Shown here: positions 1-13,078 of the stretch, piece after piece | How the letters are laid out: the number at the start of each line of letters is the position of its first letter | Numbering within the stretch: position 1 is the stretch's first letter | Source of the DNA: Stegostoma tigrinum | Taxonomy: Eukaryota | Reading direction: 5' to 3' | DNA: 64,000 nucleotides | Assembly (NCBI RefSeq): GCF_030684315.1 | Contig: NC_081386.1 | Location: 12,905,914-12,969,913 of the forward strand | Position numbers and translations under genes: made by a program | The notes under the pieces: generated by a model | Seen by the model: only the letters and a program-made list of their open reading frames with translations | Databases searched by the model: none | Told to the model about the DNA's origin: nothing

Positions 1-1752
1 TTAGCATTAACCTGGCTCTCTGGATTACCAGTTCGGTGACATTTGCTCACAGCAAAGATGTTATTGCAGAGGAGTCTATGTAGGCCCTTTATCTGCCTGA
101 TTTCTGTATTAGAGTGATTACTGCAAGGTGATAATTTTGCACTTTTGACACTCCAGTGGGCAGTGCACTCCTGGTTTGTGATCAGCATGCATTTCTTACT
201 AAGTATACCTGGCTTTGTAGGCTGCATATCCAGAGAAAGTGGGCCAGATTTCTAGGTCAATTATTTCAGGAGAGAGCACTACAGAGGAAAAAGAAAACAA
301 TGGAAGATTGCTGAATTTTCTGCTCTCTCCAGTGACTGCACTGGCAAATATGACAATTCAGCACTATTTGTTAAATGTGCATTCTCCCAAACTGTTCTTC
401 CCTGAAACAGCAAAGTATTTGTTACAATAGCATATTGTAAATATTAATATAGCAACGTGGTGAGAGTTCTTGTACGCACTCATTGTGTACCCAGGTTCCC
501 ACATTCTCTTGCCAAATTCAAATGGCATGTTGGACTCAGTTAAATTAAAGTTTGCTGAGATACAGAACTAGCACAGCAAGACACATGCCTTTGGGATTGT
601 GCCCAAAAATACATGCTTAAGATCTTTCTCAGCAAGTTCCATTCCACATGCAGCACTGGACACAGCATGTGTTGGACAACAAAGTTTAATAAGAGGCCAT
701 AATTATGGTAAGACATTTTTTTCTCGTTGTCCTTTGCAAGGGCTGTGGACTGTGAGCATCTGAAGCAGTAAAGCTCTGAGCTGTCTCTTGACTGCTGTCG
801 AAAAGTAAGTGCTTCAGTTTGGAATTTTCCCTTCAATGCAACCCAGTTTTCTGCTGCAATGCACTCAAACTCATTATTCCTCCATTAGCTTTGACCCCTT
901 TGATTAGACTCTTGTTGGCTTTCAAAAGCCTTTTCCCAATATTTCAGAGCAAACTAACACGTGATCTCCATTGGCAACAGCCTGAGAGTAGGAGCTGGAT
1001 TATTGCTCCTGAGGCAGATCACTTGAGTCATGAAATTTCCTGACCAAGCTTGATGAAAGTGCTCATAAATGTGCAATCCCCACTCCATGGCTGGGATCAG
1101 GATAACTCTGAAAGCAGAGTGTAAACAGCAACTGGGGCTGGTGAGCACCAAAGTGGGCTTATGGAACATCAGTCTCATTTCCCTGGGAGTCTCAGTGATT
1201 TTACAGAGTTATTAGATGCTTTAATCCTCACCCCTTACACCCCCCTCATCCCACCTACTCCTCATAGCAGAGCCTCCATTTCCCAAAGCCATACCACTCC
1301 CCATTCCTCTTTGTACCTCTGTGCCAGTTCCATAGTTACTCACACACTTTCCTGAGGCGCACTTTAGGTGCCATCTACCCTTCCAACACCATGCAGTACC
1401 CTCCTCCTCAGAAAAAGGTGCACACACATCTCTGTCAATATTCTAGCATTCATATTCTGGTAAAGATGATTATTTTGCATCAGAGGCATTAGAAGGTTGT
1501 GGGGACATTGAAAACACATCATACCACATTTTCATAATCTTTAGAAAGGGAGCAGTGAAAAATCAATGTAAAAGCAAACAAGCATTATTTCATGTAAATG
1601 ATAATTATTCTGCATATAGCAAATATTTAGTTTAACTATGCTTCAATGCTTTTTTTTGCCATTTGTTCATGAAATGTTGATATTGCTGCTGGGCCAGCAT
1701 TTATTTCCCAAATCGCCTTGGAGAAGTTCATAGTGAGCTGCCTTCCTGAACT

Positions 1753-3742
1753 AAGATAAGAAAATGTGAGGCTGGATGCACACAGCAGGCCAAGCAGCAT
1801 CTCAGGAGCACAAAAGCTGACGTTTCGGGCCTAGACCCTTCATCAGAGAGGGGGATGGGGAGAGGGAACTGGAATAAATAGGGAGAGAGGGGGAGGCGGA
1901 CCGAAGATGGAGAGTAAAGAAGATAGGTGGAGAGAGTATAGGTGGGGAGGTAGGGAGGGGATAGGTCAGTCCAGGGAAGACGGACAGGTCAAGGAGGTGG
2001 GATGAGGTTAGTAGGTAGCTGGGGGTGCGGCTTGGGGTGGGAGGAAGGGATGGGTGAGAGGAAGAACCGGTTAGGGAGGCAGAGACAGGTTGGACTGGTT
2101 TTGGGATGCAGTGGGTGGGGGGAAGAGCTGGGCTGGTTGTGTGGTGCAGTGGGGGGAGGGAACGAACTGGGCTGGTTTAGGGATGCAGTAGGGGAAGGGG
2201 AGATTTTGAAACTGGTGAAGTCCACATTGATACCATTGGGCTGCAGGGTTCCCAGGCGGAATATGAGTTGCTGTTCCTGCAACCTTCGGGTGGCATCATT
2301 GTGGCAGTGCAGGAGGCCCATGATGGACATGTCATCTAGAGAATGGGAGGGGGAGTGGAAATGCTTCGCGACTGGGAGGTGCAGTTGTTTTTTGCGAACT
2401 GAGCAGAGGTGTTCTGCAAAGCGGTCTCCAAGCCTCCGCTTGGTTTCCCCAATGTAGAGGAAGCCACACCGGGTACAGTGGATGCAGTATACCACATTGG
2501 CAGATGTGCAGGTGAGCCTCTGCTTAATGTGGAATGTCATCTTGGGGCCTGGGATAGGGGTGAGGGAGGAGGTGTGGGGGCAAGTGTAGCATTTCCTGCG
2601 GTTGCAGGGGAAGGTGCCGGGTGTGGTGGGGTTGGAGGGCAGTGTGGAGCGAACAAGGGAGTCACAGAGAGAGTGGTCTCTCCGGAAAGCAGACAGGGGT
2701 GGGGATGGAAAAATGTCTTGGGTGGTGGGGTCGGATTGTAAATGGCGGAAGTGTCAGAGGATGATGCGTTGTATGCGGAGGTTGGTAGGGTGGTGTGTGA
2801 GAACGAGGGGGATCCTCTTTGGGCGGCTGTGGCGGGGGCGGGGTGTGAGGGATGTGTTGCGGGAAATACGGGAGACGCGGTCAAGGGCGTTCTCGATCAC
2901 TGTGGGGGGAAAGTTGCAGTCTTTGAAGAACTTGGACATCTGGGATGTGCGGGAGTGGAATGTCTTATCATGGGAGCAGATGCGGCGGAGGCGGAGGAAT
3001 TGGGAATAGGGGATGGAATTTTTGCAGGAGGGTGGGTGGGAGGAGGTGTATTCTAGGTAGCTGTGGGAGTCGGTGGGCTTGAAATGGACATCAGTTACAA
3101 GCTGGTTGCCTGAGATGGAGACTGAGAGGTCCAGGAAGGTGAGGGATGTGCTGGAGATGGCCCTGGTGAACTGAAGGTGGGGTGGAAGGTGTTGGTGAAG
3201 TGGATGAGGCGGCGCCGATACAGTCATCAATGTACCGGAGGAAGAGGTGGGGTTTGGGGCCTGTGTAGGTGTGGAAGTGGGACTGTTCCACGTAACCTAC
3301 AAAGAGGCAGGCATAGCTGGGGCCCATGCAGGTGCCCAAGGCCACTCCCTTAGTCTGTAGGAAGTGGGAGGAGTCAAAAGAGAAGTTGTTGAGGGTGAGG
3401 ACGAGTTCAGCTAGGCGGATGAGGGTGTCGGTGGAGGGGGACTGGTCGGGCCTGCGGGACAGGAAGAAGCGGAGGGCTGTGAGGCCATCTGCATGCAGAA
3501 TGCAGGTGTATAGGGACTGGACGTCCAATGTGAAGATGAGGTGTTGGGGGCCAGGGAATTGGAAGTCCTGGAGGAGGTGGAGGGCGTGGGTGGTGTCACG
3601 GACGTAGGTGGGGAGTTCCTGGACCAAAGGGGAGAACATGGAGTCCAGATAGGTGGAGATGAGTTCGGTGGGGCAGGAGCAGGCTGAGACGATGGGTCGA
3701 CCAGGGCAGGCAGGTTTGTGGATTTTGGGAAGGAGATAGAAA
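1753..3742 (-). mobile_element. 5'-truncated Penelope-like retroelement (RT + GIY-YIG endonuclease + terminal pseudo-LTR)
   Basis: RT motifs FYLLPKIHK..GRPIVS, LDVQSLYT, QTKGVALGT and LRYIDD (ORF 3091..3864). Thumb region HFKPTDSHSYLEYTSSHP (2754..3230). GIY-YIG NVVYCIHC..YIGETKRRLGDRFAEH (1989..2540). Exact 12-bp TSD ccttcctgaact at 1741-1752 and 3743-3754. Inactivated by a deletion/frameshift near 3205 and an in-frame stop at 2754. Confidence 0.95.
1819..1846 (-). ncRNA. Minimal hammerhead ribozyme core in the Penelope pseudo-LTR
   Basis: Minus strand reads CTGATGA-a-gggtct/aggccc-GAAAC-GTC. This has the conserved core, a pairable stem II and a palindromic ACGT stem III, as described for PLE minimal hammerheads. 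Confidence 0.75.
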
Positions 3743-5339
3743 CCTTCCTGAACTGCTGTGGACCTTTTAGGCAGAAGCAGACCCATAGTGCTGTGAGGAA
3801 GAGATTTCTGAAATTTTGTTTCAGTAAGACTGAAGGAATAATGATTTGGTTTCAAAGTAATCAAGTTTCAAGTCTAGTTTGTGGTCCATGTAAAGTTGAA
3901 GGATGTTGTCAGTCAGGAGATGAAGTACCCGTTGTAGCTACCCATCCTCTGACCTACTCTTGTAGCCACTATAAAGCTGATTGAATTCAGTTCTGGGCAA
4001 TGGGGATTGAGTGATGATTGATAGTCAAGGGCAATGGTCAGATTGTCTGTTATGGAGACTGTCATTGCTTAGCATTTGTATAGTGCGAATGTTATTTGCC
4101 ACTTTTCAGCCTAAGCTTGGATTTTATCCAGGTCTTGCTGTAGTTGGACAGAGATTGCTTCAGTATGTGAGGAGTCACAATTGGTGCTGAACATTGTGCA
4201 ACCATCAGTGAAGATGTTCACGCCTTCTCTGGAGGGAAAAAATGTTGAAGATGGTTGGACTTAGGACATTACCCTGAGAAATTCCTGCAGTGATATCTGG
4301 AGTCAGGATGATTGAGCTCCAACCATCTTCATTCATGCCAACCAGCTCTCCCTGATTTCCATTCTCTCCAGATTTTATGGGACTCCTTGATGCCACACTC
4401 AGTCAAATGCAGCCTTGATATGAAGGGCAGTCACTGTCACCTCACCTCGGGAGTCCAGCTTTTTTGCCTATATTCGGACCAAGGCTATGATGAGGTCAGG
4501 AGTTGAGGTTCCTGGCCTGAACCCAAACTGGGCATCAGTTAGTCAGTTATTCCTTTGCAAGCACTGCTTGATAGCACTGTCAACAACCTTTCTGTCACTT
4601 TGCTGATGATCGAGAGTAGACTGATAGGTTGGTGATTGGATTGGATTTTTCTTGCTTTTTGTTCACAGGACAAACCTGGGCAACTCTCCTCATTAAAAGA
4701 AAGCATTTTCAGCGCTTTCTGTTTTTACTTCAAGTTTCCTCATTTTCGGGTAGATGCCAGTGCCAAAGTTATACTGGAGCAGTTTGACCAGGAGTGTGGC
4801 TAGGTCAGGAGCAAACACCTTCAATATAATTGGCAGACTGTGGTCAGGACCCATAGCCTTTACAGTGTCCTGTGTCTTCAGTCATTTCCTGATGTCATAC
4901 AGTGAATCAAATTTGTTAAAAAGTGACATCTGTGATGCTGGGGACCTCAAAAGGCAGCAAGATGCATATTATTAAAAGCCAGTATAGATTTTTTAAAAAA
5001 GCATATTGTGGGATTTTTGAACTTATGACAAAATTATTAATGATTGGTAAGCAAAACATTGAGAACATCGATACACTGAAAAGCTGAAAATGTTAGGTAT
5101 ATCGTAGATAATTCCGCAAGCTGCATTCAAAAACACTGTTTTAAGAATATCACAAAACTCAGTAAATTTGTCATTCTCTGTCTGTCATACTCTACCCTAA
5201 CATCACCACAATTAAGGATTCTGAAATTGTAATGGGTGAAAACACACCTAAATTGATTCATGAGAAATTCCTTCCTCTACATCAATAGTAAATGATAATC
5301 ACTTAAACAGATTAACATTAACTTCTTCTTACTATGATC

Positions 5340-6735
5340 TGAAGTCTCCATCTGCTTCAAGAGGACCACCGTCATCCAGGTGCCAAAGAAAAATCATGTA
5401 GCGTGCCTCACGCTGTCGAGTGACCGCCACCCGTTGGCTCTGACCTCCATTATTTTGAAGTGCCTCAAGGAGTTAGTCATGGCTCACATCAACTCCAGCC
5501 TACCAAAAGGCCTTGATCCTTTGCAGTTTGCTTACAGACATAAAAGGTCCATGGCAGATGCCAACTCCCTGGCCCTACACTCATCCCTGGAACATTTGGA
5601 TAGCAAGGATACCTACTCAGGCTCTTACTTATTTGATTACAGGTCTGCCTTCCACTCCAGAATTCCAAGCAAACTCATCTCCAAACTCCAAGACCTAGGT
5701 CTCAGCTCCCCAATTCACCCCCAGCATCTGAAATGGATCCTCCACCTCCAGACCCATATACTACAATCAGTAAGGATAGGCGACAAAACCTCCTCCATCA
5801 CAAGCCTCAACTCCAGTGCCCCACAAGGCTGCGTATTCAGTCGCCTGCTGTACTCCTTATACACTTATGACCGTGTGGCCAAATTTCACCCCAACTCCAT
5901 TTGCACATTTGCTGTTGTCACCACCGTTGGAGGTCAGATCTCAAACATGACGAGACAGAATACAGGACAGAGTTTGAGTGCTTAGTGGCATGGAGTAAAG
6001 ACAACAATCTCTCCATTAATGTCAGTAAAATGAAGGACCTGGTCAGTGACTTCAGGACCAGGGTGTAGGGCATGGCCCAGTCTGCATCAGTGGTGCTGAG
6101 GTGGAGGTGGCCGAGAACATCAAGTTTCTGGGAATGGTGATCACCAACAATCTGTCCTTTTCCACCCATCAAGAAATCACAACAATGTCTCTATCTCCTC
6201 AGGAGGCGATAAATTCGGCATTGCCACAAAGATTCTTACCAACTTTTATAGAAGCAGCATAGAAAGAATCCTATCTGGATGCATCACAACTTGGTTTGGC
6301 AACTGCTTTTTACAAAGACTGTAAAAAAAATAGAGTCGTGAACATTGCCCAGTCCATCATCTATACCAGCCTTCCATCCACAGACTTTATCTATAGTTCC
6401 CACTGGCTGGGGAAAGCAGCCAACATAATTAAAGGACCTCTCCCACCCTGTTTATACTCTTTTCCACCCTCTTCCATCAGACAGAAGATATAAAAGTTTG
6501 AATACATGTATCAACCGATTCAAGAACAGATTTGTTTCCACTATTATTAGACTTTTGAACGGACATCTCAAATGTTAATGTTGATCTCTTTGCACCTTCT
6601 CTGTGGCTGCAGCACTGTATTCTGCTGTCTGTTCTGCTCCTCTGATGCACTTTGTATGGCACGATCTGCCTGTATTGCAAGCAAAACAACACTTTTCAAT
6701 GTATCTCGGTACACATGATAACAATGAATCAAACT
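5340..6735 (+). mobile_element. Rex1/Babar-type non-LTR retrotransposon, 5'-truncated and degenerate
   Basis: ORF 5380..5985 has LTSIILKC..LDPLQFAYR..LEHLD..FDYRSAF..SSAPQGCV..LLYSLYTYD. Frameshifted C-terminal remnants and a 3' UTR follow. Confidence 0.85.
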
Positions 6736-6860
6736 CATTTAAGTTTGATTGTTTCTCCTCATCTAAGTGTTCATGCTTTGATGTCCACAACATCATTTCA
6801 GCATCAGTGTTTAATAATATTTTAAACCAACTCCAAAACTAAAACTCTGGGCATAAAGTA

Positions 6861-7177
6861 GGGTGGCATGATGTCTCAAAGCACCAGGGGCCCGGGTTCG
6901 ATTGCGCCCTCAGGCGACTGTGTGTGTGGAGTTTGCACATTTTCCCCGTGCCTGCGGGGGATTTCACCGGGTGCGCCGGTTTCCTCCCACAGTCCAAAAA
7001 TGAGCAGGTTAGATGGGTTGGCCATGCTAAATTACCCTGTAGCGTCCATTAGACATGGGAAATGTAGGTTTACAGGGAAAGGAGTATGGGAATAGATCTG
7101 GGTGGGATGGTCTTTGGAGGGTCGGCATGGGCTTGTTGGGCTGAATAGCCTGTTTCCACAATGTGAATTCCATTCTA
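6861..7177 (+). mobile_element. HE1-like V-SINE (tRNA-derived shark SINE)
   Basis: B-box-like gggttcgattgc, V-domain ggagtttgcacattttccccgtg...ggtttcctcccacagtccaaa, and a CR1-type tail (gggctgaatagcctgtttcc). Confidence 0.85.
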
Positions 7178-8832
7178 TGGCAAGTAAATTTATGCATTTT
7201 TCCAAAACATACTCCCACATTGGAATATCTATAAATACTACCTATGTATGAAAGAAAGAGTCTAAATTCCTCTAACACCTTATATTTGCTTTTCAATCTG
7301 ACTTAGTTGAATGGTAACATTCCTGCATGAGAGAAATCACAAGATATGACAAAAATCTTGGTTTGATAAAAGGAAAGTAGAGGCTAAAGAAAAGAATTAT
7401 TTTCTTTTTGAATAAATCCAACTCCAACTTTTTGTGCTAAATATTTAGGAATTTGTAAAGTGTGTCACTTTCCTAAATGTATGAACTATGCACACTATTG
7501 AAGGTCCTTATGAAAAATCATGCTGCGTCATCTAACACATGTAATCTGGATCAACAGCCCAGCTGACATTATGCAAAACCATTTTAAGAATGGGAGGCAA
7601 GCTATTGGTCTTTGTTCCAGACCCAACATAGATGCTCTAACACAATAAACTGCTTTGTGCAGGCTTGTTCAGACCTATGAATTGAGGACTCTGCTGTAAC
7701 TAAGCCTCTGTCTGCAAAATGGATTGAGCAGCAGTTAAGCACAACAGCAAGAAAGCTTCCCTTTCAGTCCAACCACATATAACATTTCTATTGGAATTAC
7801 TTGCTAAAATTATCTGTATGTATAACAACAGGTGAAAACTACACTAAGTATTAAGTCCTGGCAGCTAGCAACTACCTGTAATCTAATATGGTCTTGTGTT
7901 CCAAAGAGGAACCATTTGCTCTGTCTATATATCACCAAACTAAATGCTCCTGTTTAAATTTGAACTGCAGAATTTGCACTGAAACTCTGCACTTATAAAT
8001 GACTATGTAACCTGTGCCAACTGCTTTTCTTTTCAGAACAGGCCCAGGCAATAAAGTTTTGTGCATTTATTTTTAAAATCAAGACTCAGTCACTAGTGGC
8101 CCTTTCTCCTGTAGGGTCAGTGATCATTGTACCTGCAGCAAACTACATGACAGAGAAGTTGGTGTGAATTGAATGCCTGTTTGTGCTGTCATCACCTTCC
8201 AATTAGCTGCAGTTGATTGCAGTATTTGATGAAAGAACATTTCGGCAGGTGAAGTGAAGTGTCTGAAAGGTGCTCCAGCCAGGCAGACCTGTCTAATGCA
8301 ATGGTCTTACCCCACCTGTCAAACGGACAAATCAGATTACTCGGAAGACTGACGATGGACTAGTTTTAAACCTAACAATAATTTCACAACTGAGACAGTA
8401 GTGTGACATCTGACCACAATTTGCCACTACCTGACATCCTGGATACAATAATTATTCCTAGCGACCAAAGAACTTAGTGTCGCAACATTAAGAGAATAAT
8501 CAAGAAGCTGTTATTTTCTGTTCCAGACTGCAGTTTAAACAAAATTCTTTTCAAATCATTACAGTGACTGTGTAAGGTCCCACATCACCCCTCAGTATAA
8601 GGTTTACCGAGATAATCTCTATTGAAGGCTTAATTGAACTGGAGTAATTTAAGAACAGTTCCTTTATTACACAATTGAGCATGGCATCATGGTATCAGCA
8701 TATCTGAACACATGAGGAGGGGCTTTTGCTATTGATTCAGTTCAGTTTCTCTCTCTCTGAAGAAATACACTTGACTGGTATGCAAATGCAGGATGATGAA
8801 TGGGAAAATAGCCAGACCTTTTTGTACCTTAC

Positions 8833-8896
8833 CAACCATCCACTGTCAGGATTTCTTGGACCATTTATCAAGTAGCTTTGCAAGATTTCACTCAGA
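8833..8896 (-). other. Duplicated exon-like unit, copy C (LSEILQSYLINGPRNPDSGWL)
   Basis: tttctaacttaatcag|64 nt|gtaagg. Homologous to 9932-9995 and 11755-11829. Confidence 0.5.
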
Positions 8897-9931
8897 CTGA
8901 TTAAGTTAGAAACATTGTATGGCAGATTTCAAAAACGCCCCTGGCACACATAAAATAATCTTCCACTATTTTATATTTACATTAACCACATGGTACTATA
9001 TTGGCAGAAACAATGGAGTATCTTATTAATATATATTTTATACACATCTATACACACATTTGAATATCAAAAGTTCAAAAGTCATGATGTCACAAAGTGT
9101 AATTTAATATTATATCATATAATATAATCTCAGAATTTAACATACTTTTTGGTAAGGGTTGAGACTGTGTCATTGTCTTGCATCGACCAGCAAAGTATAA
9201 AGATATCCCTTTTTTCAAAGCAATTTGAAAAAATTCTCTTGACGCTCAGATCACTGAAATCTCCAATTTATTACTGCCCCCACAAAAGCCAAAACAGCAA
9301 GAGAAAAGGCAGAATTTGAATACTGTGAGAAATGCAGTCATTATTATAAAGCGCATGTCGCTGTCCTGTACCACATTGCGAATTGTGAACAATATGAGCT
9401 AACTGTTTTTTTCTCAGTGATGAGTCTAAAGGCTAGGATGCAAAATACTCAAAGTGATTACATATAAAAAAAATTTTGAACACTGCGTATGAGCATAATC
9501 ACACATTAAAGCTTTGAGATTACCATTCTCAGAGTCCACCAGGAAAATGACAGACAGCAACAAAATGGGTGCCATTTCAAGGCTGTAATATCATCTCACA
9601 GTTCAGATGACAGTTACAGAATGCATAAGCTTTTTAACTCAGTTCATAATGTCACCTGACCCTCAATGAGATCACTGCATTATAAGAATGCACGGATATT
9701 AAATATTGTCTGTAGGATATATAAGTTAAATCAACTGGAGTCTAAATATTTCCCCAGTAGTTAGATATTTTTACAGCAATTATATGGTTTATCATTGTCG
9801 TGTCCAATATTTTGTATACTGATAATAGTACTTTAGATACATTTTCAAAATTATTTAACGTTTTCACAATTCCCCAAGCTTAATGTCCTCACTGGACAAT
9901 GGAAAAATAATCAAACCTTTTTGTACCTTAC

Positions 9932-9995
9932 CAACCATCCACTGTCAGGATTTCTTGGACCATTTATCAAGTAGCATTGCAAGGCTTCAGTCAGA
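9932..9995 (-). other. Duplicated exon-like unit, copy B (LTEALQCYLINGPRNPDSGWL)
   Basis: gacctgccag|64 nt|gtaagg. Differs from copy C at only a handful of positions, including the downstream donor intron. Confidence 0.5.
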
Positions 9996-9999
9996 CTGG

Positions 10000-11420
10000 C
10001 AGGTCATGGGCTCGGAGTTTGGTCAGAACTCTGTTTGGTGATCACATCTGGCGGTGATGGCTGTCCCTTAAGTTAAGGTTGGTACCTATTCAGGGGTTTC
10101 TTTATGTGACTGAACACAGAGCCTTGAACAGGGGGGGAGGGACAGTGCCAGCCACAAGTGAGTGGGATCCAGATTGCAGGATTTGCTAACTTTCCTTTTC
10201 GTCTCTGCCACCACTCTGCCTCTTCATTCAGGATTTAGAGCTCGAAGTGTGAGGCAACTTGTTTGGCAAGTTGTCACCATTTTGAGAAATTGCTAGCAAG
10301 CTCCTCCCTGTCATTAATGTTCGTGCCACTGTGCTTCAAGCAGAGTTTCAGAGTTTCTTTGAAGTGTTTTCTTTGTCCTCCTCTGAAATACTGAGTGTTG
10401 ACAAAACGGGGCCTGGTAAGGAAGATATTTTTGAATCATTAAGACACAGTGTTCTGTCCATTGAAGAGTTAATTTTGCTGGTGTTTCTCTTAAATGCTTA
10501 TGGAGCCAGGCTTCAAGAAGGACACCAGGATTTATTAGTAGTGATAATGGGAACTGCAGATGCTGGAGAATCCAAGATAACAAAGTGTGGAGCTGGATGA
10601 ACACAGCAGGCCAAGCAGCATCTCAGGAGCACAAAAGCTGACGTTTCAGGCCTAGACCCTTCATCTGATGAAGCCTGAAACGTCAGCTTTTGTGCTCCTG
10701 AGATGCTGCTTGGCCTGCTGTGTTCATCCAGCTCCACAGGATTTATTAATAGTCCATCCATTGAATCCAAAGAATACAGCAGAGGCAGCTTCTGCATGTT
10801 GCTCATACAAAGGGTGGGTCCCACTGCAGTCCTCGAGTGTGATAACAACAACTGCTCCGTTCTTTCAGACCTTTCTTGATTGACAGATGACTTTGTTGTC
10901 TAACCCTTGCTACTGTAGTTTATAGAGACCTGAGTTGGTACAGCTGTTCCAGCAATATACCTCCTCATCAATGGTGGGTTTCGAGAGTGTGGTTTGTCAT
11001 GGTTTGGGAATTGTTCAACATAATTCTCTTCTTCAACATAAATGGTGGGTAGAATATGTCGCATGCAGCTAAACTGGGTCCACACCTCACCCTGTGGTAG
11101 CCTTGTCATCATCTTCACAGTATAGGGATCTATAGGGCAACTATAGTCTAATGTGGCAGCAGAAACACCTCTAACTGGTTTAACGGGAAGACGTTCCTGC
11201 ACTGAATGAGTAGCATGTGAGCAACATGTTTCACTGATGTGATAGACATTGTTACAGAGACTATGAAGAAGAATCAGATGTGATCTGTTATTCCTGCAAG
11301 GTCCAAGCTGTTCTCCCATCAAGTCCATATTACAGCCCCAAAGTGGGCAGAACTTCCAGCATTCCTTTATCCTTTCAGACCTTTTCAAAAGTATATACAT
11401 CTCTTGTCAAGCTTTAGTTC
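10000..11420 (-). mobile_element. Ancient RTE-clade LINE remnant, split by a Penelope fold-back element
   Basis: Minus-strand translation near 10300-10385 gives RGGQRKHFKETLKLCLKHSGTNINDREELAS, like an RTE C-terminus. ORF 10900..11400 contains ENYVEQFP. Boundaries are approximate. Confidence 0.6.
10543..10736. mobile_element. Fold-back Penelope pseudo-LTR element
   Basis: Perfect 66-bp inverted arms at 10586-10651 and 10673-10738. 17-bp TSD caggatttatta(g/a)tagt at 10526-10542 and 10737-10753. Confidence 0.9.
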
Positions 11421-11754
11421 ATACCCCGTTATTAATATTGTATATTTACGCATATAATTACATTTGCCACTACACTATTTACCAGCCCCAGCCCCCACCA
11501 AGTCTCTGACTTTAAACACTCAGACAGTCTGGAGATGTTGTTATTCTCCTGAAATGTGTTCTTTTCACTTTTGGAAGATTGCAGGTTTGCTGCATTGAGA
11601 AGAATTGTCATTGATTTTCTTCCCAATAGTCAGACGGGAAATTGGGCTAGAAAATGGGAGCACGATAGTAGGTGTTTGTTTTTGGTTGGCATGGACATGA
11701 TGGGCCAAAGGGCCTTTTACAGTGTTGTAGGTCTCTATGACTCTACTTGTAGCT

Positions 11755-11829
11755 TCATTTTGCTGTGACATCCCCTTCTGGCTTTCTTGGACCATTTGTC
11801 AAGTAATGTTGCAAGGTTTCAGCAGTAGA
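11755..11829 (-). CDS. Putative terminal coding exon of the unidentified gene (STAETLQHYLTNGPRKPEGDVTAK*)
   Basis: Acceptor ttgttgtagacag, phase 0 compatible with exon 12909-13078, TGA stop. Confidence 0.55.
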   Translation of the reverse strand, partial: STAETLQHYLTNGPRKPEGDVTAK

Positions 11830-12908
11830 CTGTCTACAACAAGATTTCTTTTTGGGGTTCCTTCCATTGTGCGAACAATACACAATTGCTGCAGGTGTGC
11901 AACTCCTTAGATGTCTGTACCTTTCTTGCTCAGATTTCTTGACCACACTTGTTTCCCCCGTTCTAAATGTGCCAGCAGTGATAGTTTCATGGAGGTAAAT
12001 TACCATCTGTATGGCTTTCTCTCGATAAATCTTTTGATTATAATAAACTTGAGAAAGAATCATCCACAATTTCAACAACAATTCAGTATCTTATGTATCT
12101 GTCTTCAAATGGCAATTGCTGTGCTTTTCCAGATCATTAAATAAATTACCTCCAGGCTCCCCAGGCTGCTGAACTCTTATATCAAATATTCCTCTTTTAG
12201 TCTGAAGTTGAAGTCAGTCAAAAGTTTTTAGTATATTAATGTATTTGTCACTTCTTTTATCCCTTGGCAGGCTGTAACAACAGTTATGTTGCATATAAAG
12301 TGTACTAACTTGTTATGCTTCAATTTAGCACGTAGTTTGGAAGCTAAACCATATATTTAAGGTTAGTTTTCTTCAAAATGTCCAATTCTGTGTTGTGCTT
12401 GATCCATGTTTGAAATTTAATGTTCTTGGAAACATTATTTTGAACGCTTTGTCTTCCTAATACGATTATTTGTTTTCCTATCTCAGTACAATTTTATTCC
12501 AAAGTAATAGCACAACTGTTCCTTTATGGTTCCAGGAGATCACATATTTTAACATTGTATTGATTGACCCAGTCCTAGTGATGCTGATGCTTGAACTGGA
12601 CTCAAGTGTCAAGTACAGAGGAATTTATTTGATCCCGGTATCCTGGAACTGAGTTGGATGCGTGACTGCGAGATGCCCTTCGGAATTCCTTTCTTTGGGT
12701 TGAGCTGAGACATTGATCCTTCTCACCTGGACTTCTGGGCCTTGTGGAGTCTAAGTGGTACAGTGAATGCTCATCAGCCATGGAACATGTTAAAAACCTG
12801 TCCAGCAGGTACAATCCCCCCACTCAAATCTTTTTCCCAAACAATGACATAATCCAGGAGGAGCCAATGCTTTGATTTAGATGCCTCCATTTGATTTTGA
12901 ATTCATAC

Positions 12909-13078
12909 TTCTGGCTGAAGATCATGTGTGTTATAATGAGACCATGCTATCAGTAAGAAGTCACCATTTGCATTTGGTTTTTCCCCATCAGCTTTTCTCG
13001 ATGGTTTCCACTCGTGCACAATGTTCCCTCTAGGATGCGTGGATTGGAACATCACAGTTGTGCATTGACCTTGAAAGT
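12909..13078 (-). CDS. Coding exon (DFQGQCTTVMFQSTHPRGNIVHEWKPSRKADGEKPNANGDFLLIAWSHYNTHDLQPE)
   Basis: Strong acceptor ttctcattttttttctatgcag, donor GAA|gtatga, 170 nt open in phase 1->0. Confidence 0.75.

Larger units (their letters stand above)
1660..4975 (-). mobile_element. Old degenerate CR1/L2-type LINE, interrupted by the Penelope insertion at 1753-3742
   Basis: ORF 4205..4396 contains the RT motif ITAGISQGNVLSPTIFNIF. The host sequence (gagctgccttcctgaact|gctg) continues across the Penelope TSD. Boundaries are approximate. Confidence 0.6.

Noticed and set aside
2002-3607. Long plus-strand ORFs over the Penelope element
   Set aside because: Antisense shadows of the GC-rich retroelement coding strand.
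12727-12797. Exon-like segment (ggacag|71 nt|gtgaga) with the right length to bridge to duplicated exons B and C
   Set aside because: Two in-frame TGA codons in the required phase and no evidence for recoding.
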